64,000 nt of DNA from Octopus sinensis (GCF_006345805.1 NC_043014.1:40548001-40612000), one strand, 5' to 3'; counted from the stretch's first letter, positions 38,806-52,459 are shown. The notes: a model not told the origin generated them from the letters alone. Translations and numbers: made by a program.

Positions 38806-38807
38806 TA

Positions 38808-38866
<59 letters not shown>

Positions 38867-38878
38867 CATATATATATA

Positions 38879-38915
<37 letters not shown>

Positions 38916-39025
38916 CATATATATACATATATTATACATATATATAATATATATATAATACATATATATATACATATATATATATATACATATATACACA
39001 TATATATACATATATATATATATAT

Positions 39026-39081
<56 letters not shown>

Positions 39082-39091
39082 TACATATATA
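38540..39091. repeat. ~550-bp (TA)n expansion inside a family B SINE
   Basis: Directly visible; SINE halves lie on both sides. Confidence 0.95.
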
Positions 39092-41056
39092 CTGTGGGCT
39101 TCTTTCAGTTTCCACCTACCAAATCCATTCGCAAGGCTTTGGTTGGCCTGTGGCTATAGTAGAAGGCACTTGCCCAAGGTGTCACACAGTGGGACTGAAC
39201 CTGGAACCTTGTGGTTGGGAAGCAAGCTTCTTACCGCCCAGTCGCACCTGTGCCTAGTTGTTTATATTTTGATCAGGAGAATTGCCACATAAGATGTAAA
39301 GCTTGTATTTCTGGTTGTGCTGTATGTAACTGATCAGCCACCAGGGTGGCACTCCACTGCTATGCTTTTGTTGTCATCCACTCGTCATCCACTCATTGCA
39401 AATACCTGACAGGTGGGATGAAAGCTAAACATGTTTCTTAAATATATTTAGGCTCGGGCATGGCTGTGTGGTTAGGGAGCTTGCTTCCTAACTACATGGT
39501 TTCGGGTTCAGTCCCACTGCATGGCACTTTGGGCAAGTGTCTTCCACTATAGCCCCGAGCCGACCGAAGCTTTCTTTGATTGAATTCGGTAGGTGGAAGT
39601 TACTGCCGTGTGTGTATGTGTGCGTATAGCTGCTCAGTGCCTCTCCGAAAGAGAGAGAGAGAGAGGAAGACACATATCACGTATGGGTTATGTATGCTAA
39701 AGCAGCTGATATAACGAGATGTGACTTCCCCCACATAGCTGCCAATGTATTGTAAGCAGTTTTTCATAAGTTTGTGTTAACCATCTGCGATAGGACCCCC
39801 TTCGGTCATGAATGACCATGGGATTGCATCTAGGAAGTTGCCACAAATGTTATCCAAGGGAAAGGCAAGGGCTGATACAGCTTGGCACCAGTGATGTTGC
39901 AATTCATTTCTACAGCTGAGTGAACTGGAGCAACGCGAAATAAAGTGTCTTGCTCAAGGACACAACATGCAGCCCAGTCTGGGAATTGAACTCACTATCT
40001 CATGATTGTGAGCCCGATGCTCTAAAAACTGAGCCTTATGCTGATAACTTGGTTTGTCTTGATATTTTAATACCTATTTCTTTACTACCCACAGGGGGCT
40101 AAACACAGAGGGGACAAACAAGGACAGACAGACGGATTAAGTCGATTATATTGACCCCAGTGCGTAACTGGTCCTTAATTTATCGACCCCGAAAGGATGA
40201 AAGGCAAAGTTCGACCTCGGCGGAATTTGAACTCAGAACGTAACGGCAGACGAAATACGGCTACGCATTTCACCCGGCGTGCTAACGTTTCTGCCAGATC
40301 GCCGCCTTCATATTTTAATACCAGTATCAGTTATTGTGTTGAAGAACTTGTGAGTATTTCTGCCAAATTTGGTGAAAATCTGTGTAGCCATTTTCCAGTA
40401 ATTTTGCAAATACCCAGACAAACAAGGACAAGTGAATACAATACCCTACTTTTGCTTAGGTGCAGAGGGTAACAGATAGTTTTTAACATAACAAATTAAC
40501 GAAACACAGAAAAATCCCTATCCTTTAATTTTTTTATACATTTCAGCCATAAAGCTGTGGCCATGATTTTATTCAACACATTTCCCCTCTCAGATTCACA
40601 CACTTACTGCAGCAGACCATCAGTTTTTCTAAGCCCTGTAAAAGAATTCAGAAGGTTGGGCTTCAACCAGGCCTTTTCAGCGAGTCCACTGCCCTAACCA
40701 CTGGGCCATTGCACCTCCACAATTTATTGTATATAGAGTCGGTAATTGCTATGCTAATTTCTACGGTGGGGCTTTGGGTAAAAGAAAACACAAGAGTATC
40801 AGTTAATTATGATTTTATTCAACATATTCCACTCTCAGAATCACACACTTATTGCAGCAGTCCTTCAGTTTTTCTAAGTCCTGTAAAAGAATTCAGAAGG
40901 TTGGGCTTCAACCAGGCCTTTTCAACAACCATTTTTATATATTTATAACAATTGTATTCAGGCTGATACAATTTTGCTACTATTTCTGCTTGTTGAGTAA
41001 CTTCATGTAATAAAAAGCATTGTGTACTATTTTTTTTCTTCTTTTTATCTACATAG

Positions 41057-41171
41057 GGTGATTTTGGTCCTTTTGAAGCTGGAATACCAACTTCAGTTCC
41101 TTTGTGGTTAGCGGTGAATCTAAAACAGAGATGTCGTGGTCGAATTATTCCTCCAGCATGGATGAATATAG
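41057..41171 (+). CDS. GINS2: GINS2 exon 2: [38 protein letters not shown]
   Basis: Acceptor tacatag|GGT and donor G|gtaaag; 115 nt. Contains the VPLWLAxNLKQR and PPxWM Psf2 motifs. Confidence 0.97.
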
Positions 41172-43292
41172 GTAAAGGATTTCTCTGTTGATATCAAGAT
41201 GCTTATACAATACCTTTTTGTGTTTTTATATACTTTTACTTTTTTTACTTTTTAATTGTTTCAGTCATGTGATTGTCGCCATGCTGGAGCACCGCCTTTA
41301 GTCGAGCAAATTGACCCCCGGACTTATTCTTTGTAAGCCTAGTACTTATTCTATCGGTCGCTTTTGCCGAACTGCTAAGTTATGGGGACGTAAACACACC
41401 AGCATCGGTTGTCAAGCGATGTTGCGGGGACAAACACAGACACACAAACACACACATATATATGTACATATACATATATACGACAAGCTTCTTTCAGTTT
41501 CCGTCTACCAAATCCACTCACAAGGCTTTGGTCAGCCTGAGGCTATAGTAGAAGACACATGCCCAAGGTGCCACGCAGTGGGACTGAACCCGGAACCATG
41601 TGGTTTGGTAAACAAGCTACTTACCACACAGCCACTCCTATATTTTAGGGTTTTTTTCTTTTCTGATATAGGTTGGGCATATCTGCTGCAAATCTAAATA
41701 ATTAGGGCAAAGCCTTTGATTTGAAATCATTGCTTTCAGAATATAAACCATGAATCTTTTCTCTTTCTCTGTATTAATTTTATTAAAAGATTATCAAGAA
41801 TCTTTTTATTTTTACGGTGGCACCTTGGGCAAGTGTCTTCTACTATAGCCTCAGGCCGACCAAAGCCTTGTGAGTGGATTTGGTAGACGGAAACTGAAAG
41901 AAGCCCATCGTATATATATGTGTGTGTGTATATATATATACATACATATATGTATGTGTGTGTATATGTTTGTGTGTCTGTGTCCCCCCCCCCCCAACAT
42001 CGCTTGACAACCGATGGTGGTGTGTTTACATCTCCATAACTTAGCGATTCGGCAAAAGAGACCGATAGAATAAGTACTAGGCTTACAAAGAATAAGTCCT
42101 GGGGTCGATTTGCTCGACTAAAGGCAGTGCTCCAGCATGGCCACAGTCAAATGACTAAAACAAGTAAAAGAGTAAAGAGAGTACAGAGTATTAGATTATT
42201 ATAACCTCAAATACAAAACACTGACTAGTAAGTAATATATGGTGGAAAATTGTGTTTTTTCTTTTAAAGAAAGAACTAAAATTAAGAATTTTATTATGAA
42301 AAGCCTTTTGGCTTTATCCAGTAAAATACTTTTTCTTTAACCTTTTAGCATTCAGATTAATCTAACAAATGTAATGCTTATTGATTTACATTATTTTGAA
42401 TTCATCATGCACTATCATATAGTTTCGAGATTTCGATGATATGACTGTTTATTTTTAAAATGACATTGTAGGATAGGTGTGAGAGGTCAAATCTGGCCAG
42501 TTTGAACATAAAACAGGTAGAATATTTTGGCCAGTTTGAATGCTAAAGGGTTAAACAGCATTAACCCAGATAACACATTGTTCTTTCAAATTTCAATGAG
42601 ATAAATCTGCTTGATGCAAAGATATCATTGTTTGTTCCTTCTTGAGCCATGCTTGGCTCATAAGGGCCGGTTTCTTGGCATATAGGTTCCCCACCTGGAC
42701 GGGACGCCAGTCCATCGCAGGTGAGCTGCAAGATGCAGGAGGAAAGAGTGAGGAAAAGTTGTGGCGAAAGAGTCAGCAGAAGTTTCGCCAATACCTTCTG
42801 CCGGAGCCGCGTGGAGCTTAGGTGTTTTGCTCATAAACACACACATCGTCCTGTCTGAGATTCGAACCCGCGATCCCTCGACTGTAAGTCCACTGCTGTA
42901 ACCACTAGGCTACGTGCCTCCACAAAGATATCATTGCTTCTGCATGAAGCTAAAAGGCTCTCTGAAGGAATTGATAAATTTCCATGTCCAGTCTGTTTCA
43001 TTATTTCACTGTTGGTTACTGAAAGTAAATCTGATAATTGGAACCTATGAAGAAAATCTTTAATGTTAGTGAATTATTTCTGCACCAAATGGTTTTATTT
43101 GATATTTTTTAAAACTTCAACTTCATCTCAACATCCTTTTATAATGAGACTGTTACCTCTCTGCCTTTCCAATATCCTGAAGTATCTTAGATTTATTACC
43201 TAGAATTTACATCAAAAGCACTTGAAGTTTTAGAATTTTATAAAGCCAAAACAAGCAGAGATCATGATTTGGAAAACACATATTTTACTTAT

Positions 43293-43722
43293 TATAATAA
43301 TAATGAAATTATTGTATGCAGTGCTCAGGTGCACCACAACTTGTCAAAAGTGAGTATAAAGCATATACAGTAATGTACAAATGTTTGGAAAGTGAACAGT
43401 GTATGAGTGTATGAGGGGAGAAAATCAGGTGTAGTGTTGGCAAATCTCAGGAAGCATGGAAGTTTTGAAGGATGCAGTGCTCCGACAACTAACAACTGAT
43501 GCCGGCAGTTTGTTCCATACTTCAGCAACTCATAGCGTGTAAAAATGTTTCCGAAAGTCAGGTGAGCTGTGCTATTTTCTGACTTTGTAAACATATCCAC
43601 GGGTGTTAGACAGGTGGAGTTTGAAAAGGTGCTCAGAGTTATTGTTTGCAAGATGGTTAATAATTTTATGGGTGTCTGCCAAGTCAGCTGCCAGATGTCA
43701 GAGTTTCAATGTATCCGTGCCT
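43293..43722 (-). mobile_element. CR1/L2-like LINE 3' end with (TTA)n tail (shorter copies at 22921-22975, 53385-53447 and 53572-53750)
   Basis: Shared 3' end TAATAATGAAATTATTGTATACAGTGCTCAGGTGCACC. The CR1-type C-terminus is frame-broken. Confidence 0.65.
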
Positions 43723-43849
43723 AAAATAAATATTTAATCCCAAAATAAAGATAATTATTGCAAATATTGGGACTGGAGTGAAAAATGGTGCCAGTTTGTT
43801 GAATGGGTTTATCTAGAAGAAAGTTGGCCAGATAATGAAGTGAGAAAAA

Positions 43850-44452
43850 CTAGATTGCATTTATAAGAGAACCTGGTTAGGATGACCAACATATTCTGCC
43901 TGATTGATGTTGTCCAAACCTTTTTCTCTCTAAGAACTGTGTCACTCTCCCAGAATTTCTCCAGGGTTCCATGTTATTTTCCATTAGGACATCTTGACAA
44001 ATTTGTTTTTGCTCTTGAGCAGAATTCATCAACAACATTTTCGATGGCACCAGCTGCCATTAATTTGAATTTCTTGAAAGGCTTGGCAACCTTGGCTTTT
44101 GCTCAACACTCAACTTGACATTGTTGGGCCATCTTCCTCCCAGCTTTACACTTATCCATAAGGTTCTCCTTAACACATCTGAGCCTTTTGTGGACTGTGA
44201 CTTCAGGATGGCAGTGGCTTTTTCAGCTCACAATGACATCGGTGTCCTCCGGGATGCAGTCAATCTGTACTACCGAACAATATCAAATGTGGTTTTACCA
44301 ATACAAGATTCAATGATTCCTTAATGACCAACCCTCATCTGGCTGCCTCTGGACTGCCTCAGAATCAGACAGCACACCTAGCATAACTTGTAGCCCCCTT
44401 TTTTGACCAGCTCAAAGATAAAGAAAAAATTCAAAGGGGCAACCTTATTGTA
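43850..44452 (-). mobile_element. Decayed mariner transposase 5' fragment
   Basis: TIR-like end TACAATAAGGTTGCCCCTTTGAA on the minus strand. The frame-broken, transposase-like sequence was judged by eye. Confidence 0.45.
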
Positions 44453-45390
44453 CATTATGTCACACCAATTCTACTTTTGAAGTGTGTCTGTAGAATACGT
44501 AAGTTTTTCAGTTGTTTGAACAAGTGGAATATGTATTCATCATCAAGTATGGCAAAGGGTCTATTTTCCCAATTGTTTTTATCTCCTGTGTATATTTTCT
44601 TTTACTTGTTTCAGTCATTTGACTGTGGCCATGCTGGAGCACTGCCTTTAGTCGAGCAAATGACCCCGGGACTTATTCTTTGTAAGCCCAGTACTTATTC
44701 TATCAGTTGTCAAGCAATGCTAGGGGGACAAACACAGACACACAAACATACACACATACATATATATATATATATACATATATACGACAGGCTTCTTTCA
44801 GTTTCCGTCTACCAAATCCACTCACAAGGCATTGGTCGGCCCGAGGCTATAGTAGAAGTGGGACTGAACCCGGAACCATGTGGTTGGTTAGCAAGCTACT
44901 TACCACACAGCCGCTCCTGCACCTATATATATTTTTATATATATATATATATATATTTATTTATTTATTTGTATGTAGGTATAGATGTACGTAGATGCGT
45001 GTGTGTGTAGATCGTTAGCCACTACACACATTTTTTTTCTCTTCTTGTTTTTTCTGTGTCCCTTTCTGTAGAAGAGCATAGGCTCGAAACGTAAAAGACT
45101 TTTTTCTATTCCTGAGCGTTATACTAATACATCTGTTTGTTTTGTACACCACCCGTCTTCGTCTTTTGTTTTTTTCGTAAACTCTCCCTATATATCACCC
45201 TCTCACGTGGTCACGCATGTTGATCCTGTCATTTCTTACCACGCACGAACTTCTCCACTGGACTCTCTATCTACCCTTTTACAGATTCTCGTTTGGATAT
45301 TTACCCTCTGGCTGCACTTCTCCTACATATGGATCACTGTGGACTCTATATATATATATATATATATATTATGCGTGTATATGCACATAC

Positions 45391-45776
45391 GGAGGCGCAA
45401 TGACCCAGTGGTTAGGGCAGCGGACTCGCGGTCATAGGATCGCGGTTTCGATTCCCAGACCGGGTGTTATGAGTGTTTATTGAGCGAAAACACCTAAAAA
45501 AGCTCCACAAGGCTCCGGCAGGGGATGGTGGTGATCCCTGCTGTACTCTTTCACCACAACTTTCTCTCACTCTTACTTCCTGTTTCTGTTGTACCTGTAT
45601 TTCAAGGGGCCGGCCTTGTCACTCTCTGTGTCACGCTGAATATCCCCGGGAACTACGTTAAGGGTGCACGTGTCTGTGGAGTGCTCAGCCACTTACACGT
45701 TAATTTCACGAGCAGGCTGTTCCGTTGATTCGGATCAACCGGAACCCTCGTCGTCGTAACCGTCGGAGCGCTTCCA
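45391..45776 (+). mobile_element. tRNA-headed SINE family D (relatives at 11060-11385, 42630-42923, 54476-54765 and 55116-55405)
   Basis: A-box TGACCCAGTGG (45401-45411) and B-box GGTTTCGATTCC (45444-45455), followed by a non-tRNA body. Confidence 0.8.
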
Positions 45777-45873
45777 TCCATCGTATTGCACATACATGCC
45801 TTTGTATGTTATTTAATAACTTCATACTTTAAATCAAAATTTCACTTGGAAATTTTTTTTTGACGTGTTTCAG

Positions 45874-45973
45874 ACGACCTTAATTTGAAAAAGCAAGAAG
45901 AACTTGAGAACAAACTCTTCACAGAAATGCCATCTCGATATTATATTGAAATAACACAACTTTTGCTCAAAAA
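45874..45973 (+). CDS. GINS2: GINS2 exon 3: DDLNLKKQEELENKLFTEMPSRYYIEITQLLLK
   Basis: Acceptor gtttcag|AC and donor AA|gtaagt; 100 nt, phase 1 to 2. Contains the FTxMPSxxYxE motif. Confidence 0.95.
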
Positions 45974-46738
45974 GTAAGTCACTTTGGGTTCATTAACAGT
46001 TCTTTAGATTCTGCCTTGAATCATGTTGAACATTTTAGTGTGCAATTTTATGTGCATTTAGAATTATAGGAAAATTTGACAAGGAAACCTAGGCGAAGTC
46101 AGTTTTGGCAAGGTTTTTACAGCTGGATGCCCTTCAGAACGCCAACCTCTTTACATTGTGGACTGGGTGTTTTTAAGTGGCACCTGTGCTTACAGGGTCA
46201 CCAAGTACTTGCAAAACAAAAGCATAAATGCTAAACCGTTGTACTACACTTTAACAATTTTGATATCTTGGCATCTGAAGCAGCTGGAGATACAATAGTT
46301 TGACTAAAAGAACTGACTATTGCAAACAAAATTAAATATTGAAAAAAACGCATTTGGCCAATTTTGGACATACAACAGTTTAACATAAAAGCAACAAGAG
46401 TCATAGTCTTGAATTAGTGTATCTTGCACTTCAATCTCTCTGTTATTCTGCCTCTTATCTCTTGATAAAACAGCTCCAGGTTTCATTTCATTTCATTTGA
46501 GTTTGAGTCCATGCTCAGGCCAAGTCGAAGAGTCTGGTGTGGTTGCCAGGTTGTATTCTCTGTTTAATTTTGACATGTGTAGGAGCGAGTTTGAGTCAGT
46601 TTGTGCTCGTTGTGTATCTCCTGGGAGATGGGGTTCATCTCTAATGGTGCTTAAATATCTATCCAGCAGGTTTAATGATACAATCTACCTGTTTTTAAAA
46701 TGATCTAAAAACATCCCATCAAAAGTCAATTTTATTTA

Positions 46739-46953
46739 TGAGAGGTTACTGAAAAGTTCCTGGCTTTGAGTAAAAGAAAATACAAAAGGATCAGTTAACT
46801 ATGATTTTATTCAACATATTCCTCTCTCATATTCTCACTTATTGCAGTGGTCCTTCAGTTTTTCTAAGCCCTGTAAAAGAACATAGAAGGTTGGACCTCC
46901 AACCAGGCCTTTCACGATACCCTTAAAGCCAGAAATTTTTCAGTACCCTCTCT
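46739..46953. mobile_element. mariner-like MITE
   Basis: TIR GAGAGGTTACTGAAAAGTTCCTGGCTTT / AAAGCCAGAAATTTTTCAGTACCCTCTC with TA flanks. Partial copies at 40565-40680, 40770-40925 and 47950-48100. Confidence 0.7.
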
Positions 46954-47427
46954 TATATTCTAAACATCAGCTTAATAACGGTTTCGAATTTTAGCACAAG
47001 GCCAGCAATTTCATGGTAGTAGGTAAGTCTATTACATTGAACCTGGTACTTACAAACATTAAGACAGATGAAATACTGCTAAGTGCTTTGTTTGAAATGC
47101 TAAAGATTTTGCCAGCTTTTTTAAACCATCAGCTTAATAATAACAATAGTAAATCTTAAGCGAGTTATAAGCAGTAGCTGCAACACATAGGGCACAGAAA
47201 GTGTGTCTATAGCCAGCTGGAGGAGGTGTCCTCCTGGGGCTACAAACTACAGTAGCATCCACCCTTAGGGGTTAGCCATATTTAAATGGCAAATATACGT
47301 TAATAAAGACAGTTATTTTACTAAATTCTTTGTTATTTTTAAGATTAATAGTAACAAAATATTGTAACAAAAGGGTTAAATAGCAAACATAACTATGGCT
47401 AATAAGTGATTTTTACTCATGTTTCAG

Positions 47428-47554
47428 TGCTCCTGAAGATATCCCCAAAGCTGATGAACTACGAACTCTTATTAAAGACATCTGGGACTTGCGCAAAGCA
47501 AAATTACGAAGCAGTATTGATACTTTCATCAAAAGTGATGCCACACATGCTAAG
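47428..47554 (+). CDS. GINS2: GINS2 exon 4: APEDIPKADELRTLIKDIWDLRKAKLRSSIDTFIKSDATHAK
   Basis: Acceptor gtttcag|T and donor AAG|gtaac; 127 nt. Contains the DIPxADExRTLxKDxWDxRxAKLR motif. Confidence 0.97.
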
Positions 47555-47574
47555 GTAACTCTTTGCATAATTTA

Positions 47575-47910
47575 TCTATAATATAAATTGGACATGGGTG
47601 ATCATTGTATTCTTTCTTGTCTTGAGGTTCACAGCTAAACGGCTGGGTGGATTTGCATGAAAAATGGCACACATATGGAGACGGGTGCATAGATTGGAAT
47701 GCAGTTTGTATTTTTTTCCTAGCCCCCATACTTACCGAGAAAATCGATTAAAACTTTTTCTAATGGAATTCCCCTCTTTCTTCCACCATTAAAACAACCA
47801 GTTGCTTAGAAGCTGTTTTCTGAGAAATGCTGTTATAGATTATGCCTAACTGAAAACGATGATAGCCACATCATCCAAACAGACCGGGTGAAACCGGGCT
47901 TAGCTGCTAG
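47575..47910 (+). mobile_element. Non-autonomous Helitron, 20 nt downstream of the GINS2 exon 4 donor
   Basis: A|TCTATAATATAAA start, hairpin CCGGGTGAAACCGG, and CTAG|T end. Confidence 0.7.
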
Positions 47911-48209
47911 TAGTATATAGAGTCGGTAATTGCTATGCTGATTTCTACGGTAAAAGAAAACACAGGGCTATCAGTTAGTTATGATTTTATCCAACACATT
48001 TCTTCTCTTAGATTCACACACTTATTGCAGCGGTCCTTCAGTTTTTCTCTAAGCCCTGTAAAAGAACTCAGAAGGTTGGGCCTTCAACTTGGCCTTTTCA
48101 GCAACTATTTTTATATATTTATAACAATTGTATTCAGACTGATACAATTTTGCTACTATTTCTTGCTTGTTGAGTAACTTCATGTAATAAAAAGCATTTG
48201 TGCTGGCCT

Positions 48210-49975
48210 TTTGTAAAAATCACTTGTGCTGGTGCCACGTAAAAAGCTCTTGTGTCAGTGCCACGTAAAAGGCACTCATGTTGGTGCTATGTGATAAGCA
48301 CTTGTGCCAGCATAATGTAGAAAGCACTCATGCCAGTGCCATGTAGAATACACTTGTACTGGAGCCATGTGAAAAGCATTCATGCTGGTGCCATGTATAA
48401 AGCACATGTGCCGGCACCATGTGAAAGGCACACGGGCTGGTTCCACATAGAAAGGACGCATGCCAGCACCACATAAAAGGCACTTGTGCTGGTGCCATGT
48501 GAAAAGCATTCATGCTGGTGCCATGTATAAAGCACCATGTGAAAGGCACATGTGCTGGTGCCACATAGAAAGGACGCATGCCAGCACCACATAAAAGGCA
48601 CTTGTGCTGGAGCCATGTAAAAAGCATTCATGCTGGTGCCATGTATAAAGCACCATGTGAAAGGCACATGTGCTGGTGCCACATAGAAAGGACGCATGCC
48701 AGCACCACATAAAAGGCACTTGTGCTGGAGCCATGTAAAAAGCATTCATGCTGGTGCCATGTATAAAGCACCATGTGAAAGGCACATGTGCTGGTGTCAC
48801 ATAGAAAGGACGCATGCCAGCACCACATAAAAGGCACTTGTGCTGGAGCCATGTAAAAAGCATTCATGCTGGTGCCATGTATAAAGCACCATGTGAAAGG
48901 CACATGTGCTGGTGCCACATAGAAAGGACGCATGCCAGCACCACATAAAAGGCACTTGTGCTGGAGCCATGTAAAAAGCATTCATGCTGGTGCCATGTAT
49001 AAAGCACCATGTGAAAGGCACATGTGCTGGTGTCACATAGAAAGGACGCATGCCAGCACCACATAAAAGGCACTTGTGCTGGAGCCATGTAAAAAGCATT
49101 CATGCTGGTGCCATGTATAAAGCACCATGTGAAAGGCACATGTGCTGGTTCCACATAGAAAGGCACTTGTGCTGGAGCCATGTAAAAAGCATTCATGCTG
49201 GTGCCATGTATAAAGCACCATGTGAGAGGCACATGTGCTGGTGCCACATAGAAAGGATGCATGCCAGCACCACATAAAAGGCACTTGTGCTGGAGCCATG
49301 TAAAAAGCATTCATGCTGGTGCCATGTATAAAGCACCATGTGAAAGGCACATGTGCTGGTGTCACATAGAAAGGACGCATGCCAGCACCACATAAAAGGC
49401 ACTTGTGCTGGAGCCATGTAAAAAGCATTCATGCTGGTGCCATGTATAAAGCACCATGTGAAAGGCACATGTGCTGGTGTCACATAGAAAGGACGCATGC
49501 CAGCACCACATAAAAGCACTTGTGCTGGAGCCATGTAAAAAGCATTCATGCTGGTGCCATGTATAAAGCACCATGTGAAAGGCACATGTGCTGTGCCACA
49601 TAGAAAGGACGCATGCCAGCACCACATAAAAGGCACTTGTGCTGGAGCCATGTAAAAAGCATTCATGCTGGTGCCATGTATAAAGCACCATGTGAAAGGC
49701 ACATGTGCTGGTGTCACAAGAAAGGATGCATGCCAGCACCACATAAAAGGCACTTGTGCTGGAGCCATGTAAAAAGCATTCATGCTGGTGCCATGTATAA
49801 AGCACCATGTGAAAGGCACATGTGCTGGTGTCACAAAGAAAGGACGCATGCCAGCACCACATAAAAGGCACTTGTGCTGGAGCCATGTATAAAGCACCAT
49901 GTGAAAGGCACATGTGCTGGTGCCACATAGAAAGGACTCACGCCTGCACCACATAAAAAGCACTTATGCTGGTGC
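48210..49975. repeat. 118-bp higher-order minisatellite built from ~25-bp monomers
   Basis: Period of 118 nt, seen in ORF starts at 48627/48745/48863/48981/49099. Monomer GTGCTGGTGCCAYRTAAAARGCAC. Confidence 0.95.
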
Positions 49976-50900
49976 TGTGTACCAAGCACCCAACACGCTC
50001 TGTAAAGTATTTGGTGTCAGGAAAGGCATCCATCTATAGAACTCACACCAAAACAGACAAATGGAACCCAGACAGCTGGCCAGCTCCTGTCAAACTATCC
50101 GATCCATGCAGGCATGGAAAACAAACATTAAACGATGATGATGATGATGATGACTGATTGTCCCTTAAAGTTATATAATCTCTACTGAAGATCTCGTCAA
50201 TGATATAAAAAGCTTTTTACTACATGAGAAAGTCAAGCTCACTTATTATTGTTTAGTCCCAAATTAACCTTGATCAAACCATGCCAGTCTTGATCATCCC
50301 ATCTCTGTGTATATGTGAAACTACATTAATGAATGTGTCCATTTGTTTGTTAAGATGGTGAGGTGTAATGTGAGATTTGGCTGCTATTTCTTGCTTGTCG
50401 AGTTAACTTCACAGTGGCTTGCTTCCTTTGTTAGCTCCTCAAACTCTTTTACATAGGAAGAGAAGTCAATACAAAGGTTAAACATAGGATCATCATCATC
50501 ATCATTTAATGTCTGCTTTCCATGCTAGCATGGGTTGGATGATTTGACTGAGGTCTGGCGAGCCAGATGGCTGCTCCAGACTCCAATCTGATCTGGCAGA
50601 GTTTCTACAACTGGATGCCCTTCCTAACGCCAACTACTCCAAGAGTGTAGTATGTGCTTTTACATGCCACTGGCACGAATGCCAGTCAGGCGATACTGGC
50701 AATGGCCACACTCAAATGGTGCTTTTTATGTGCCACCTGCACAGGAGCCAGTCCAGCGGCACTAGCAACGACCTCGCTCGAATGTTTTTTCACGTGCCAC
50801 CAGCACAAGGTGTTAATGAAAATTACCAAAGTAGATTTTTAAAAAGTGTTGTGAGTTAAATAAAGGAATAAGACTGTTTTGTAAAAGAAGAATAAAATAT

Positions 50901-51128
50901 TTAACCCTTTAGCATTCAGATTATTCTGTCAAATGTAAAGCTTATGTATTCACACCATGTAAAATTAATCTTGCATCATTTCATGGCTTTGAGATTTCAA
51001 TGATGTGATTGTTTATTTTTAAAATGACACAATAAGGTAGCTATGAATGACCATATCTGACTTGTTTGAACATAAAACAGGTAGAATATTTTGGCCGGAT
51101 ATGGTCGGTTTAAACACTAAAGGGTTAA
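50901..51128. mobile_element. piggyBac-like MITE (family copies also at 27601-27825, 42337-42554 and 57152-57377)
   Basis: TTAA-CCCTTTAG...CTAAAGGG-TTAA ends with a shared internal sequence. Confidence 0.8.
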
Positions 51129-52048
51129 AGATGCGTGAAGCAGAGTGTTTTAATGGGGCCTGTGGTAGATCATGGACAATTTGTTTCTATAGATTCTGTC
51201 CTGACCCAATCACAAATTGAAAAGCGGACATTAAATGATGATGATGATGAGTGAACTCCCTTGACCTTTGTCTTCCTAGTCTCATCCACAATGTATCTGG
51301 GTAGTGCAGATAGGTCGCTATCATCACAGCCAAGGAACTCTGACTGCGACCCTGCTAGACAGATGTTCTGAATCAAACTAGTAATCCATCTCTCCGAAAG
51401 ATTTACAGTGTGGTTGCCTGGTCACCAGACGGCGAGTTGGCAGAAACGTTAGCGCGTCGGGCAAAATGCTTAGCGGTATTTCGTCTGGCAGAAACGCTAG
51501 CACGCTGGACGAAATGCGTAGCCGTATTTCGTCTGTCGTTACGTTCTGAGTTCAAATTCCGCCGAGGTCGACTTTGCCTTTCATCCTTTCGAGGTCGAAA
51601 AATTAAGTACCAGTTACGCACTGGGGTCGATGTAATCGATTTAATACCTATGTCTGTCCTTGTTTGTCCCATCTGTGTTTAGCCCCTTGTGGGTAATAAA
51701 GAAATAGGTATTTCGTCTGTCTTTACGTTCTGAGTTCAAATTCCGCCGAGGTCGACATTGCCTTTCATCCTTTCGGGCTCGATTAAATAAAGTACCAGTT
51801 ATGCACTGAGGTCAATGTAATCGACTTAATCCGTTTGTCTGTCCTTGTTTGTCCCCTCTATGTTTAGCCCCTTGTGGGCAGTGAAGAAATAAATTTGTGC
51901 ATTTCTATGGTTCCATGTTCCATAATTGTGACCATTGCTGAGTTGATCCATCCTTATTTTTCTATTTTGTACCAGAGATGCCACTGGTAACATGTAATCT
52001 AGTACAACCTGTTGCTTTGTTTGGTCACTAGTGACTAAACTGACACCC

Positions 52049-52278
52049 TTAACCCTTTCATTACTGTATTTATTTTGAGATTCTCTGTTTTTCTTTCAAT
52101 TACTTTAAATATAAACAAGAATTTAGTAAAATAACTTAGTGATCATTCAGCTAGTGTTAGGAATATATAAATTGTGTCTAAGGTTTGGTGGAAGATTTTT
52201 GTTCAAAACTTATGAAAATTAGACATTTGTACTTAGGGCCAGAGCCGGTTTCAGCCGGGTTGGTAACGAAAGGGTTAA
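52049..52278. mobile_element. Second piggyBac-like MITE family
   Basis: TTAA-CCCTTTCATTAC...GTAACGAAAGGG-TTAA. Confidence 0.75.
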
Positions 52279-52459
52279 CAAGTTAGATGGGTGAGGATGG
52301 TTGTTAGAAAGTTAGTAAGATAAAAACAAAACCTGTCAAAAAAAGAATGGATTACACAAAAGCTTCAGAACCACAAAACTCTTACAGTAATGCTTCCTTT
52401 TGATACATGATTGAGGTGTTTCTTATTTAAGATGCCTTTTCTTTTTTCTCTCTTTTCAG

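Noticed and set aside
38467-39115. YI-repeat ORFs (also at 11282-11743 and 34280-34729)
   Set aside because: They are (TA)n microsatellite translations.
45391-45462. tRNA-like sequence (also at 54476 and 55116)
   Set aside because: A and B boxes are present, but there is no acceptor-stem closure and the sequence continues into a SINE body, so these are SINE heads.
48276-49963. Many overlapping Cys/His/Trp-rich ORFs
   Set aside because: They are translations of the 118-bp minisatellite in shifting frames; there is no splice or homology support.
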